A stretch of DNA of 64,000 bases from an uncultured Clostridium sp. (GCA_948436025.1 CAOJHH010000001.1:2921-66920), one strand, 5' to 3'; positions 19,118-29,202 are shown, counted from the stretch's first letter. Program-made: numbers and translations. Notes: generated by a model from the sequence alone, not told the origin.

Positions 19118-20254
19118 ATGATAAAAAAAGTAGCAATTTTAACAAATGGTGGAGATGCACCAGGACTAAATGCAGTCATTCGTGCCATTGTAAAAACAGC
19201 AGAAACCAATGGAATTGAATGCTATGGTTATATTGAAGGATATAAGGGATTGCTAAATAATGACTATGTAAAACTAGAATCAAAAGGGAATGCTTCAGGA
19301 CTTCTTCATCGTGGTGGAACCATTATAGGAACTTCTAATAGTACGAATGTATTTAATTTGAAGGTAGAAGAGAATGGACAAACTGTATACAAAGATATGT
19401 CTGGGAAATGTGTAGAAAATATTAAAGAAGCAGGATTTGACTGTATTTTCACATTAGGTGGAGATGGTACCCAAAAATCAGCAAGAGACTTTTCTTTAAG
19501 AGGAGTGAATGTGATTGGAGTACCAAAAACCATTGATAACGATGTTGCTCATACCGACATTACCTTTGGGTATAATACAGCCGTATCGGTTGCAACAGAA
19601 GCACTAGACCGTTTACACACAACCGCAGAATCTCATCATAGAATTATGGTATTAGAAGTAATGGGACGTTATGCAGGATGGATTGCCTTAGAATCTGCAA
19701 TTGCAGGAGGTGCTGATGCATGCCTAATTCCAGAAATTCCATATGATATTCATAAAGTTGCCGAAAAAGTAAACCAAAGAAGAAAAGAAGGAAAAGACTT
19801 TAGTATTATCGTTGTTTCAGAAGGAGCAAAACCAAAGGATGGTGAAATCATCGTAAAGAAACAATTAGATGATGGAAAAGGACTTGATAATATTCGTTTA
19901 GGTGGAATTGGTGAAAAAGTAGCAAACGACTTAGAAGAGTTAACCGGACTTACTTCTAGAAATACCGTTTTAGGATATGTACAAAGAGGAGGAACGCCAA
20001 CCTGTTATGACCGTGTACTATCTAGCAAATATGGAGTAAAAGCCATGAGACTTGCTATGAGAGGTACCTTTAATGTACTTGTTAATTACCGAGATGGTAA
20101 AATGGGATGTGTTTCCTTAGAAGATGTTGTTGGAAACAACAAAGAAATAGGTGCTGCTTCTGGTAATACCAAGGAAAGCAATATTCGAAAAATTGAAATG
20201 GACGATGATTTAATTAAAACGGCAAAAAGTCTTGGCATTTCACTTGGCGAATAG
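19118..20254 (+). CDS. pfkA: 6-phosphofructokinase (PfkA family, long form)
   Basis: GGDAPGLNA, GGDGT and MGR motifs. 378 aa. Confidence 0.82.
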   Translation: MIKKVAILTNGGDAPGLNAVIRAIVKTAETNGIECYGYIEGYKGLLNNDYVKLESKGNASGLLHRGGTIIGTSNSTNVFNLKVEENGQTVYKDMSGKCVENIKEAGFDCIFTLGGDGTQKSARDFSLRGVNVIGVPKTIDNDVAHTDITFGYNTAVSVATEALDRLHTTAESHHRIMVLEVMGRYAGWIALESAIAGGADACLIPEIPYDIHKVAEKVNQRRKEGKDFSIIVVSEGAKPKDGEIIVKKQLDDGKGLDNIRLGGIGEKVANDLEELTGLTSRNTVLGYVQRGGTPTCYDRVLSSKYGVKAMRLAMRGTFNVLVNYRDGKMGCVSLEDVVGNNKEIGAASGNTKESNIRKIEMDDDLIKTAKSLGISLGE

Positions 20255-20271
20255 AAGGATAAACAAGAGGT

Positions 20272-20330
20272 AAAACCCCCAGTCACCTACGGTGACAGCC
20301 CCCTTAAGTAAAGGGGCCTTTTCGCTAAAA
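20272..20330. repeat. copy A of the GACAGCCCCC two-hairpin element
   Basis: AACCCCCAGTCACCTACGGTGACAGCCCCCTTAAGTAAAGGGGCC. About 85 percent identical to copies at 21087 and 60388. Confidence 0.6.
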
Positions 20331-20390
20331 TAAGTATAGATGAGAGTAGTAATGAATATAAATAGAAAAAAAGAAAGAGGAGTAAAGAGG

Positions 20391-21086
20391 ATGGAAGAAA
20401 ACAAAACACAAGAGCAAAACATTAATACTCAAGAAATTAAGAAAGAAACAGTAGATACCGTAAATCAAGTAAAAGAAACCATTAAAAATGTAGACATCAA
20501 AAACGATGCAAAAGAAGCAACTGGTTTTGTTAGTTCAATGGTAAAAGACCCATTTGCAACGATAAAACAAATTGTAAACGATAGTACCAACAAACACTTT
20601 AAAACAGCCATTATTTTCATGATTGTATGGATGGCAATTATCTTTGTAAGTAAAATATTTGGAACCTATTATATAGGAAGAACCTTTACGTTCCGATTTG
20701 CATTTGAACAAATCTTAAGCTTTATTAAAGCAGTAATTGCACCACTTGTAGGAGTTATTGTACTTTCTGGAATTGTATATATGATGAACAAAGAAAACAA
20801 AAAATCATTAATAACCACCATAACAGCAATTGTAACCGCGAAAATTCCAGTAATCATTGGATCAGCCGTATCCTTACTAACCATTATCGATAGTAACATA
20901 GGAAAAATAACCAGTCCATTTGCGTCACTTTGCAATGTCATTAGTGTTGTTCTAACTTATTTTGCAATGAAATCTGTTATTGGAGAAGAACAAAATTCAA
21001 AATTTTTCAAAAAATTTGTAGCAATCGAAGCAATTTTCTATGTGATTTATGTAGTGGTTTCACTATTGGGGATTTATATGAAATAG
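20391..21086 (+). CDS. hypothetical multi-pass membrane protein (Yip1-like topology)
   Basis: Start at ATG 20391 with RBS AGAGGAG. Hydrophilic N-terminus, then five hydrophobic segments. Confidence 0.5.
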   Translation: MEENKTQEQNINTQEIKKETVDTVNQVKETIKNVDIKNDAKEATGFVSSMVKDPFATIKQIVNDSTNKHFKTAIIFMIVWMAIIFVSKIFGTYYIGRTFTFRFAFEQILSFIKAVIAPLVGVIVLSGIVYMMNKENKKSLITTITAIVTAKIPVIIGSAVSLLTIIDSNIGKITSPFASLCNVISVVLTYFAMKSVIGEEQNSKFFKKFVAIEAIFYVIYVVVSLLGIYMK

Positions 21087-21140
21087 AACCCCCAGTCGCC
21101 TATCGGCGACAGCCCCCTTAAGTAAAGGGACCTTTATACT
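21087..21140. repeat. copy B of the GACAGCCCCC element, immediately after the stop codon
   Basis: First hairpin GTCGCC-TATC-GGCGAC shows compensatory changes relative to copy A (GTCACC-TAC-GGTGAC). Confidence 0.6.
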
Positions 21141-21165
21141 AAGTTTTTAACATAGAAATGGACAT

Positions 21166-21227
21166 ATGTAGGGGCACCGTTTGTGGGAATACCCAAAACT
21201 CATGACACCACTGTGCCCTTCTTACAA
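21166..21227. repeat. TGTAGGGG-hairpin element (GGGGCAC ... GTGCCC)
   Basis: Same conserved ATGTAGGGG 5' flank as copies at 60463, 61223, 61361 and 63923. Confidence 0.5.
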
Positions 21228-21399
21228 AGGCTAACCCTATAAAAGCCTCCTTTATTTAAGGGAGGTTAAGATAGCTGTTAACGAACGTTAGTGAGTCTTA
21301 CAGATATCTTATACGTAGTGGCAGTCCGAAGGACTGACGGAGGGTTCTTAGAATGTAATTTGAATAGACTAGAAAATACAACAAAGAAGGTGAGAGAAA

Positions 21400-23116
21400 A
21401 TGAAAGATTTTAAAGAAGAGATTGCAGGGTGCCTAACACAAGCAATCGACCTATCAAAAGAAGAACTACAAGATATGATAGAAAAACCAAAAGACGAAAC
21501 CAAAGGAGACTATGCACTACCTTGTTTTCGTTTTGCCAAACAATTTGGAAAATCGCCAATGTTAATTGCAGAGGAAATAAAAGAAAAAATAACGATTTCA
21601 CGGTACAGATATTGAAAAAGTAGAAATTGTGGGTGGATACATAAACTTTACCATTCAAAAACAAGCATTAGTAAAAGAAGTATTAAACGAAATTGAAAAG
21701 AAAAAAGAAAGTTATGGTATACAAAGACTAGGAGAAGGAAAAACAGTAATTGTAGAATACTCCTCACCAAACATCGCAAAACCATTCCATATAGGGCATT
21801 TAAGAACTACCTTAATTGGACGAGCTTTATATAACATCTACCAAACACTTGGTTATGAAACAATAGGAATTAACCACTTAGGCGATTATGGTACACAATT
21901 TGGAAAAATGATAGAAGGCTATAAACGATGGGGACAGGAATACAATTTAGAAGAAAACCCAATTGAACAACTAATGGACATCTATGTAAGAATTAATGAA
22001 CTTTGCAAAGAAGAGGAAGCGGTTTTAGACATATGTAGAGATAATTTTAAAAAACTAGAAGAAGGAGACGAATATTGTACCAAAATTTGGAAAGAATTTC
22101 GTGACCTTAGTTTGAAAGAATTTTATCGTATTTATGACTTATTAAACATTCATTTTGATTCTTTAAATGGAGAAGCCTTTTATGCAGACAAAACAAATGA
22201 AGTAATCGATATATTGGAAAAAACAGGAAAACTAGAAGAATCCGAAGGGGCTAAAATTATCGATTTAGCCGAACAAAATATGTCGCCATGTATGATATGT
22301 AAATCTAATGGTTCTACCATTTATGCTACAAGAGATTTAGCAGCTATTCTTTACCGTGCAAGAACTTATGATTTTGATAAATGTTTATATGTAGTAGCAT
22401 ATGAACAAAATCTACATTTTAAACAAATTTTCGAAGTAGCAAAATTGCTAGGCATATCCGAAAAATGCCAAAAAGGATTAGAGCATATTTCCTATGGAAT
22501 GGTTCATCTAAAAAGTGGAAAAATGTCAACAAGGGAAGGAAATGTCATTAAAGTAGAAGAACTATTAAACGAAGCCATTAGCCGTGTAAGAGAAATTATC
22601 AATGAAAAAAATCCAGAATTAACGAAGGAAGAAAAAGAAGAGATTGCAAAAAAAGTAGGAATTGGAGCCGTGATATACAACGACCTTTCTGGCAGTAGAA
22701 TAAAAGACGAAATTTTTGATTGGGATGTCATTTTAAATTTCAATGGCGAAACTGGTCCATACATTCAATATACCTATGTACGAACCAATAGTGTACTAAA
22801 AAAAGTACAAACTCTTCCAAAACTTTCAGAAGTATCCATGGAAGCCCTATTCGAGCAAGAGGCATATAAGGTGTTAAAACTAATATACGATTACCCAGAA
22901 ACCCTTCGAAATACGGCAAACAAAAATGAGCCTTCCATTCTTTCAAGGTATTTAATCGACCTTGCGAAAGCCTATAGTAGTTTTTATAATGAAAACAAAA
23001 TTATGGTAGAGGACAAAACCTTGCAAAAAGCAAGAGTCTATTTAACCTATGTAACGAATTTGGTGCTAAAACTAGGTGCTGGGTTATTAGGAATGGAAAT
23101 GCCAGAAAAAATGTAA
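21400..23116 (+). CDS. argS: arginine--tRNA ligase, interrupted by an apparent +1 frameshift near 21598-21604
   Basis: ORF 21400-21615 encodes the ArgS N-terminal add-on domain (PCFRFAKQFGKSPMLIAEEIKEKI). ORF 21629-23116 encodes the catalytic core (SPNIAKPFHIGHLRTT, KMSTREGN). The frames join if one base near 21601 is skipped. Confidence 0.85.
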
Positions 23117-23167
23117 TCGTAATAAAAGTACTTAGCAAACACCACAAGAAAGGGATGGGATTTTTAC

Positions 23168-24121
23168 ATGGAACCACTATTTATGATACCAATTTATAAA
23201 GACTATATTTGGGGTGGAACCAAATTAAAAGATTACTTACAAAAAGAAGTACCATTTGAAACAGTAGCCGAAGCGTGGGAAGTGTCTACCAATGCGGCAG
23301 GGCTTAGTGAAGTAGAGATAGAAAAGGGGACAAAGACTACTTTAAAAGAATTATTTGATAATACTGAAAAAAGAATCGAAATCTTTGGAACTAAAACGAA
23401 GGATATGGAACGTTTTCCACTACTTATCAAATTTATTGATGCCAAAGATAATTTATCTGTTCAAGTTCATCCAGACGATGCCTATGCGTTAGAACACGAA
23501 AACGACACAGGAAAAACAGAAATGTGGTATATCATGGAATGTGACGAAAATGCAAGTATTATATGCGGGTTAAAAGAAACTGTGACCCAAGAACAAATTC
23601 CAGACATGATTACAAATGGTAAAATACAAAACTACTTAAACAAAGTACCCATTCATAAAGGGGATGTTATTTATATTCCGTCGGGAACAGTACATGCCAT
23701 TCTAAAGGGTACGTTAATTTGCGAAATTCAACAAAACAGTAATTTAACCTACCGTGTCTACGACTGGGACCGAGTAGGAAAAGACGGAAAACCACGTGAG
23801 TTACATATAAAAAAGGCGATGGATGTTATCAAACAAAACAAAAGACAGAATATCACAAGTACAAATGGACAAGAAGATATTTGCAAAATGGTAATGGATT
23901 GTAATTATTTTAAAGTAGATGTACTAAACGTTACCGAAAACTACCAAGCAAAATCAAACAAAGACACCTTTGAAGCCTATATGGTAGTAGAAGGAAAAGG
24001 TAAGTTAGAGACAAAAGGGAAAGAATATGATATAAAAATAGGAGAAAGTTTTATTCTTCCAGCAAGTCTTGGGGAATATGAAATAAAAGGGAATATCAAA
24101 TTGTTAAAAGCATATCTGTAG
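23168..24121 (+). CDS. manA: mannose-6-phosphate isomerase, class I
   Basis: PIYKDYIWGG N-terminus, QVHPDD and cupin His motifs. Confidence 0.82.
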   Translation: MEPLFMIPIYKDYIWGGTKLKDYLQKEVPFETVAEAWEVSTNAAGLSEVEIEKGTKTTLKELFDNTEKRIEIFGTKTKDMERFPLLIKFIDAKDNLSVQVHPDDAYALEHENDTGKTEMWYIMECDENASIICGLKETVTQEQIPDMITNGKIQNYLNKVPIHKGDVIYIPSGTVHAILKGTLICEIQQNSNLTYRVYDWDRVGKDGKPRELHIKKAMDVIKQNKRQNITSTNGQEDICKMVMDCNYFKVDVLNVTENYQAKSNKDTFEAYMVVEGKGKLETKGKEYDIKIGESFILPASLGEYEIKGNIKLLKAYL

Positions 24122-24245
24122 AAAAAAGGAAATGCAATAAGTTATCGATAGGAATAAAAAGGGGAAATACAAAGAGCAAGAAAGGAAAGTTTGATAAGAT
24201 ATTATTTTAAATCAAATTTAATGCCTTTCAGGAAAGGAAGAAATT

Positions 24246-25313
24246 ATGAGAGAAAATGAAACAAGAAAAGAAAAACAGAAAAAAACAGGATTACGAAAAT
24301 TTGGAAAAATCATGCTAATTATTTTAGTAGTTTTAGTAATACTAGTAGGAATTGCAGCAGGAATAGGATTTTGGTATGTACACGATAAATTAGGAAAACT
24401 AAATTATGTCGAAATTGACGAAAGTCAAATTGAAGTAAACGAGGGAGTAGACGACAAACTAAATGGATACCGCACCATTGCGATATTTGGAGTAGATAGT
24501 AGAAGCAATCAATTAGAAAAAGGAACAAGAAGCGATTGTATTATACTAGCAACTATCGATGAAAAAAATAAAGAGGTAAAACTAACCTCAGTTTACCGTG
24601 ATACCTATTTAGAATTAACCGGAAGAAGCCTAGATAAAGTAACACATGCCTATTCCTATGGAGGAGCGGCTCTTGCTATGAGTACCCTAAACACAAACCT
24701 AGACTTAAACATAAAAGAATTTGTAACCGTTAACTTTGATTCGGTTGTTGATATTGTAAATGCTGTTGGTGGTGTTAGTATGGAGATTACCAATAGTGAG
24801 TTAAAATACATTAATGGTTATATTGATGAAATTAACAAAGTAACCAAACATAATGCAAACCATATTACCAAAGCGGGAACTCAAAATCTAAATGGTGTAC
24901 AAGCATTAGCTTATGGAAGAATTCGTTATACAGCAGGTGGAGATTACAAACGTACTGAAAGAATGAGAGATATCATGATGGCAGTTATGAACAAAGCAAA
25001 GAAAATGAGTGTAACACAACTAAACTCATTAGCCGATAAACTACTTCCAGTAGTATATACCAATATAAATTCCGGAGAAATCCTATCCCTTGCACCACAA
25101 GTAGCAACCTATAAAATAATAGACAGTACCGGTTGGCCATATAACACAAAAGGAGCAACCATTAATGGTGTATGGTATGGACCACCAATTACACTAGAAT
25201 CCAATGTAAGAGAACTACACCAAAAAGTATATGGACAAAGCGATTACGAACCAAGTGCTAAGGTAAAAGAGATAAGTAATAAGATTGTAAACAAGACAGG
25301 GTATAGTAAATAA
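24246..25313 (+). CDS. LytR-CpsA-Psr (LCP) family glycopolymer transferase
   Basis: N-terminal TM then LCP domain (FGVDSR...RSDCIILATID...TSVYRDTY). Confidence 0.85.
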   Translation: MRENETRKEKQKKTGLRKFGKIMLIILVVLVILVGIAAGIGFWYVHDKLGKLNYVEIDESQIEVNEGVDDKLNGYRTIAIFGVDSRSNQLEKGTRSDCIILATIDEKNKEVKLTSVYRDTYLELTGRSLDKVTHAYSYGGAALAMSTLNTNLDLNIKEFVTVNFDSVVDIVNAVGGVSMEITNSELKYINGYIDEINKVTKHNANHITKAGTQNLNGVQALAYGRIRYTAGGDYKRTERMRDIMMAVMNKAKKMSVTQLNSLADKLLPVVYTNINSGEILSLAPQVATYKIIDSTGWPYNTKGATINGVWYGPPITLESNVRELHQKVYGQSDYEPSAKVKEISNKIVNKTGYSK

Positions 25314-25326
25314 ATTCGATTATGAA

Positions 25327-26622
25327 ATGGAAAGAAAATTTTATCAAACTTTAAAAGAATGGAAAGATAATCAAATAGAAATTCCTTTAATGATAATTGG
25401 TGCAAGACAAATTGGAAAAACATATTTAATTAATCAATTTTGTAAAGAGAATTTTAAAGAATATGTCTATATTAATTTAGATTTAGAAGAAAAAATTAAA
25501 ATGGTTTTTGAACAAACACTACAACCAGAAGAAATAATAAAAAATATAGAGCTATATAAAGATATAAAAATTAATGTAGAGGATACCATTTTGTTTTTTG
25601 ACGAGATCCAAGTTTCCGAAAGAGCAATTACTTCACTAAAATACTTTTGTGAACATGCTTTACCCTATAAAATTATATGCGCTGGGAGCCTATTAGGAGT
25701 AAAATTAAACCGATTTCGATCCTCATTTCCAGTAGGAAAAGTGCTCATAAGAAATATGTACCCTATGGATTTTGAAGAATTTCTATTAGCATTAAAAAAA
25801 GACATGTGGGTAGAGGCAATAAAAGAATCGTACCAAACATTAGAACCGCTAATTATACATGACAAATTAATAGAATTATATCGATATTATTTGTGTATAG
25901 GGGGGATGCCAGCTTGTATAAAAGAATTTATAAAAAAGAACACAGACATTATGTTATATAACCCAATAGAACTACAATCGATTATATCTTCCTATATTAC
26001 AGACATGGGAAAATATACAACGAACTCATCAGAAACTGTTAAAATAGAAACAGTATATAATAGTATACCAAAACAATTAGGAAAAGAAGACAAAAAATTT
26101 CGATATTCATTATTAAAAGAAGGAGCAACCAAAAGTAGTTATGAATCAGCAATTGATTGGTTAGTGTCAAGTAAAATGGTATATAAGTGCAATTTACTAA
26201 ACAAAATAGAAATACCATTAAAGCCATACGAAAATACAGAGAAATTCAAATTATATTTTAGCGATACAGGAATATTTACAGAATTATCACAAATAGCGTA
26301 TAGAGATATTATGCTTAATTTAGATATGATGTTTAAAGGAGTGATAGCAGAAAACTATATTGCTATACAGTTAGCAACCAATAATATTCCCTTATATTAT
26401 TGGCAATCTGGTAATAAAGCAGAAATCGCTTTCGTACTATATAATGAAGACGGAATTATTCCAGTTGAAGTAAAAGCAAGCGATAATACACAATCAAAAA
26501 GTTTGAAAGTGTATATGGAAAAATATAATCCGAAATATGCCATAAGAGTATCAACCAAAAACTTTGGATTTACAAATGGAATTAAATCCATTCCATTGTA
26601 TGCAGCATTTTGTATCAAATAG
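25327..26622 (+). CDS. AAA+ ATPase with DUF4143 domain, paralog 2
   Basis: GARQIGKT Walker A, FFDEIQ Walker B, C-terminal IPVEVK motif. Only 13 nt downstream of the LCP gene. Confidence 0.8.
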   Translation: MERKFYQTLKEWKDNQIEIPLMIIGARQIGKTYLINQFCKENFKEYVYINLDLEEKIKMVFEQTLQPEEIIKNIELYKDIKINVEDTILFFDEIQVSERAITSLKYFCEHALPYKIICAGSLLGVKLNRFRSSFPVGKVLIRNMYPMDFEEFLLALKKDMWVEAIKESYQTLEPLIIHDKLIELYRYYLCIGGMPACIKEFIKKNTDIMLYNPIELQSIISSYITDMGKYTTNSSETVKIETVYNSIPKQLGKEDKKFRYSLLKEGATKSSYESAIDWLVSSKMVYKCNLLNKIEIPLKPYENTEKFKLYFSDTGIFTELSQIAYRDIMLNLDMMFKGVIAENYIAIQLATNNIPLYYWQSGNKAEIAFVLYNEDGIIPVEVKASDNTQSKSLKVYMEKYNPKYAIRVSTKNFGFTNGIKSIPLYAAFCIK

Positions 26623-26689
26623 AAATTAGAAGATGGACCTTATATGGAAATGAAATTCGTTTGACAAATGTGCAATGCATCACGATAAT

Positions 26690-26752
26690 CATTTACAAAA
26701 TGTGAGAAAAATCACAAAATTCGTTTGAATTTTGTGATTTTTATGTTATAAT
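26690..26752 (+). promoter_or_regulatory. operator-like motifs (TTACAAAATGTGAGAAAAATCACA, containing palindrome TGTGA-N6-TCACA; TTTGAATTTTGTGATTTTT) plus TTTGAA-17-TATAAT promoter
   Basis: Read directly. Shares the TTACAAAA(A)TGTGA core with the repeats upstream of paralog 1. Confidence 0.45.
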
Positions 26753-26780
26753 ATACATATAATAGATAGAGGGTGATAAA

Positions 26781-28091
26781 ATGTATAGGCAAGCAATAAA
26801 ACAATTAGAAGAATGGAAAAATACGAAAGATAGAATGCCATTAATTATAAGAGGAGCAAGACAAGTTGGGAAAACTTGGCTTATGAAAGAATTTGGGAAA
26901 AATTTTTACGAAAAGTGTGCATATATTAATTTTGATGATAATGAAAGAATGAGAAAATTATTTGAAGGAGATTTAGATATTGAAAGAATTGTACAAGGAT
27001 TAAAAATAGAATCAGGAGTTAATATAGAAAAAGAAAACACACTTATTATATTTGATGAAGTGCAAGAAATACCAAGTGCTTTATCTTCGTTAAAATATTT
27101 TTATGAAAATGCAAATGAATATCATGTTATAGCTGCTGGTTCTTTATTAGGAGTAGCACTACACCAAGGAACATCATTTCCAGTAGGAAAAGTAGAATTT
27201 TTAGACTTGTATCCATTAAATTTTAAAGAATTTTTACTTGCATTAGGAGAAGGAGAACTAGTAAAATTGCTAGACAGTAACGACTTTTTGCTAATTTCAG
27301 CATTTTCAAATAAGCTCAAAGACTATTTGAAACAATACTATTTTATTGGAGGAATGCCAGCAGTTGTTACCTCATATATCCAAGAAAAAGATTTTAAAAA
27401 AGTAAGAAATATACAAAATAGATTGCTAGAATCTTATGAACAAGACTTCTCAAAACATGCACCTAATGCCATTGTTCCAAGAATTAGACAACTATGGAAT
27501 AACATCCCAACGCAACTTGCCAAAGAAAACAAAAAATTTATATATGGATTAATTAAACAAGGTGCAAGAGCACGAGAATATGAATTAGCACTAGCATGGT
27601 TGATAGACTGTGGACTAGTCTACCAAATCAACCGAGTAAATGATTGCAAAATACCATTATCCGCATATCAAGATTTTAGTGCATTTAAATTATATATATT
27701 TGATATTGGCTTACTTGCAGCAATGGCAAAAGTAGATGCAATGACCTTATTAGAGGGGGATGAAATATTTGTTGAATTCAAAGGAGCACTGACAGAACAA
27801 TTTGTCCTAGAAGAACTAAAAGCAAATACAAGTATACCAATTTTTTATTGGTCATCGGATAAAGGAATTGCGGAGTTAGATTATATTGTGCAAATAGGAA
27901 GGAATAATATACCAATTGAAGTAAAAGCAAATGAAAATTTAATGGCAAAAAGTTTGAAGAGTTTTGTGGCGAAATATAATACGAAAATAAATGTACGCAC
28001 ATCTATGGCGGATTATCGAAAGGAAGAATGGCTAATTAATATTCCACTATATATGATTGGAAATATTGAAAAGATTATTGAATTGAGTTAA
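26781..28091 (+). CDS. AAA+ ATPase with DUF4143 domain, paralog 3
   Basis: GARQVGKT, IFDEVQ, C-terminal IPIEVK. Confidence 0.8.
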   Translation: MYRQAIKQLEEWKNTKDRMPLIIRGARQVGKTWLMKEFGKNFYEKCAYINFDDNERMRKLFEGDLDIERIVQGLKIESGVNIEKENTLIIFDEVQEIPSALSSLKYFYENANEYHVIAAGSLLGVALHQGTSFPVGKVEFLDLYPLNFKEFLLALGEGELVKLLDSNDFLLISAFSNKLKDYLKQYYFIGGMPAVVTSYIQEKDFKKVRNIQNRLLESYEQDFSKHAPNAIVPRIRQLWNNIPTQLAKENKKFIYGLIKQGARAREYELALAWLIDCGLVYQINRVNDCKIPLSAYQDFSAFKLYIFDIGLLAAMAKVDAMTLLEGDEIFVEFKGALTEQFVLEELKANTSIPIFYWSSDKGIAELDYIVQIGRNNIPIEVKANENLMAKSLKSFVAKYNTKINVRTSMADYRKEEWLINIPLYMIGNIEKIIELS

Positions 28092-28177
28092 GGAGAAAAG
28101 CAAAAGCCCCTAAAATAGGAATTTATATTGTGATAATTACGATATTAAAATTGCAAAATGGAAGTAAGTGGAAAAGA

Positions 28178-28214
28178 AAAACGGCGAAAATCATTGTGTT
28201 TCGCTGTTTTTCTT
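28178..28214 (+). terminator. rho-independent terminator
   Basis: ACGGCGAAA ... TTTCGCTGT stem, then TTTTTCTTT. Confidence 0.45.
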
Positions 28215-28258
28215 TATATAATATTGTCGAAATATGTCGAAAATGAGGGGGACCAAGC

Positions 28259-29077
28259 ATGAAAAACAAGCAAAGAAAATTATTATCCATTGTACTAATG
28301 ATAATTGCCGTAGTATCTATAAGCTTAAACACGTATGCCCATTCAGGAAGAACTGATTCAAGCGGAGGGCATAAAGATAACCAAAACAAAAGTGGATTAG
28401 GAAGCTACCACTACCACTGTGGAGGACATCCAGCACATTTACATCCAAATGGAGTTTGCCCATATGCAACAACAGGGGCAAAACAAACTACTTCATCGGG
28501 TTCATCCTCAAATTCAAAAACCGAGACAAAATCTAACACAAGCACAAAAACCGAAACAAAATCCAATACAAGCACAAAAACAAATACAAATAGCAATACG
28601 AAAACAAATGTAAAAGAAGTTACGAAAAAAGATACCACGGTTGTAGCAACTGAAATTAATATAGAACAAAACCTACAAACTATGGAAGTAGGCGAAAGCC
28701 AAACATTAACGGCAAGTATAACACCAGAAAATACTACCAATAAAACAATCACATGGAAATCCAGTAGCGAGGATATTGCAAGCATCAACGCAAACGGAGA
28801 AGTTGTCGCTAAGAAAAGTGGAGTAGTAGATATAACAGCCACCACGGCAAATGGGAAAAGTAGTACCGTTAGAGTTACTGTAAAGGAACCAGTAAAACCA
28901 GAGGAGAATGTGGTAAAGACAGAGCAATCAGTCGCTAGCGTGAGTGGAAATAATAGCATGAATACTATGGCAAAAGAAGAGGATGGAGGCAGTGCAGTAG
29001 GTACAGTAGTGGCACTAGGCGTATTAGGTGGCGCGGGCTATCTTGGGTATAGGAAATTTGGAAGAAAGAAAGGTTAA
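28259..29077 (+). CDS. surface protein: signal peptide, YHYH motif domain, Thr/Ser-rich repeat linker, Big_2 Ig-like domain, C-terminal TM anchor
   Basis: GSYHYHCGGHPAHLHP (YHYH family), KTETKSNTSTKTETKSNTSTK repeat, ITPENTTNKTITWKSS...ATTANGKSSTVRVTV (Big_2-like), C-terminal hydrophobic segment plus RKFGRKKG. Confidence 0.7.
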   Translation: MKNKQRKLLSIVLMIIAVVSISLNTYAHSGRTDSSGGHKDNQNKSGLGSYHYHCGGHPAHLHPNGVCPYATTGAKQTTSSGSSSNSKTETKSNTSTKTETKSNTSTKTNTNSNTKTNVKEVTKKDTTVVATEINIEQNLQTMEVGESQTLTASITPENTTNKTITWKSSSEDIASINANGEVVAKKSGVVDITATTANGKSSTVRVTVKEPVKPEENVVKTEQSVASVSGNNSMNTMAKEEDGGSAVGTVVALGVLGGAGYLGYRKFGRKKG

Positions 29078-29154
29078 AAATAAAAAAAATAATAATATTT
29101 ATTTGAAAAATGCATAAAATCTGCAAAAAGCATAAAAATAATACTGAAAAATAT

Positions 29155-29182
29155 TTACAAATTAGGAATTCCGTAATATAAT
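29155..29182 (+). promoter_or_regulatory. promoter TTACAA-16-TATAAT upstream of the AbiL-like pair
   Basis: Read directly. Followed by AGGAGG RBS and ATG 29203. Confidence 0.45.
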
Positions 29183-29202
29183 ATAGCAAGGAGGAAATTT
29201 TT

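Noticed and set aside
21141-21399. Possible T-box riboswitch leader upstream of argS
   Set aside because: No match to the conserved T-box sequence (AATTAGGGTGGNACCGCG) and no obvious specifier or antiterminator arrangement. The region is largely occupied by the two repeat elements. Kept only as an unclassified leader.
28411-28959. 182-aa minus-strand ORF
   Set aside because: Antisense to the YHYH/Big_2 surface-protein gene. Its low-complexity V/F/L-rich product mirrors the Thr/Lys repeats on the + strand.
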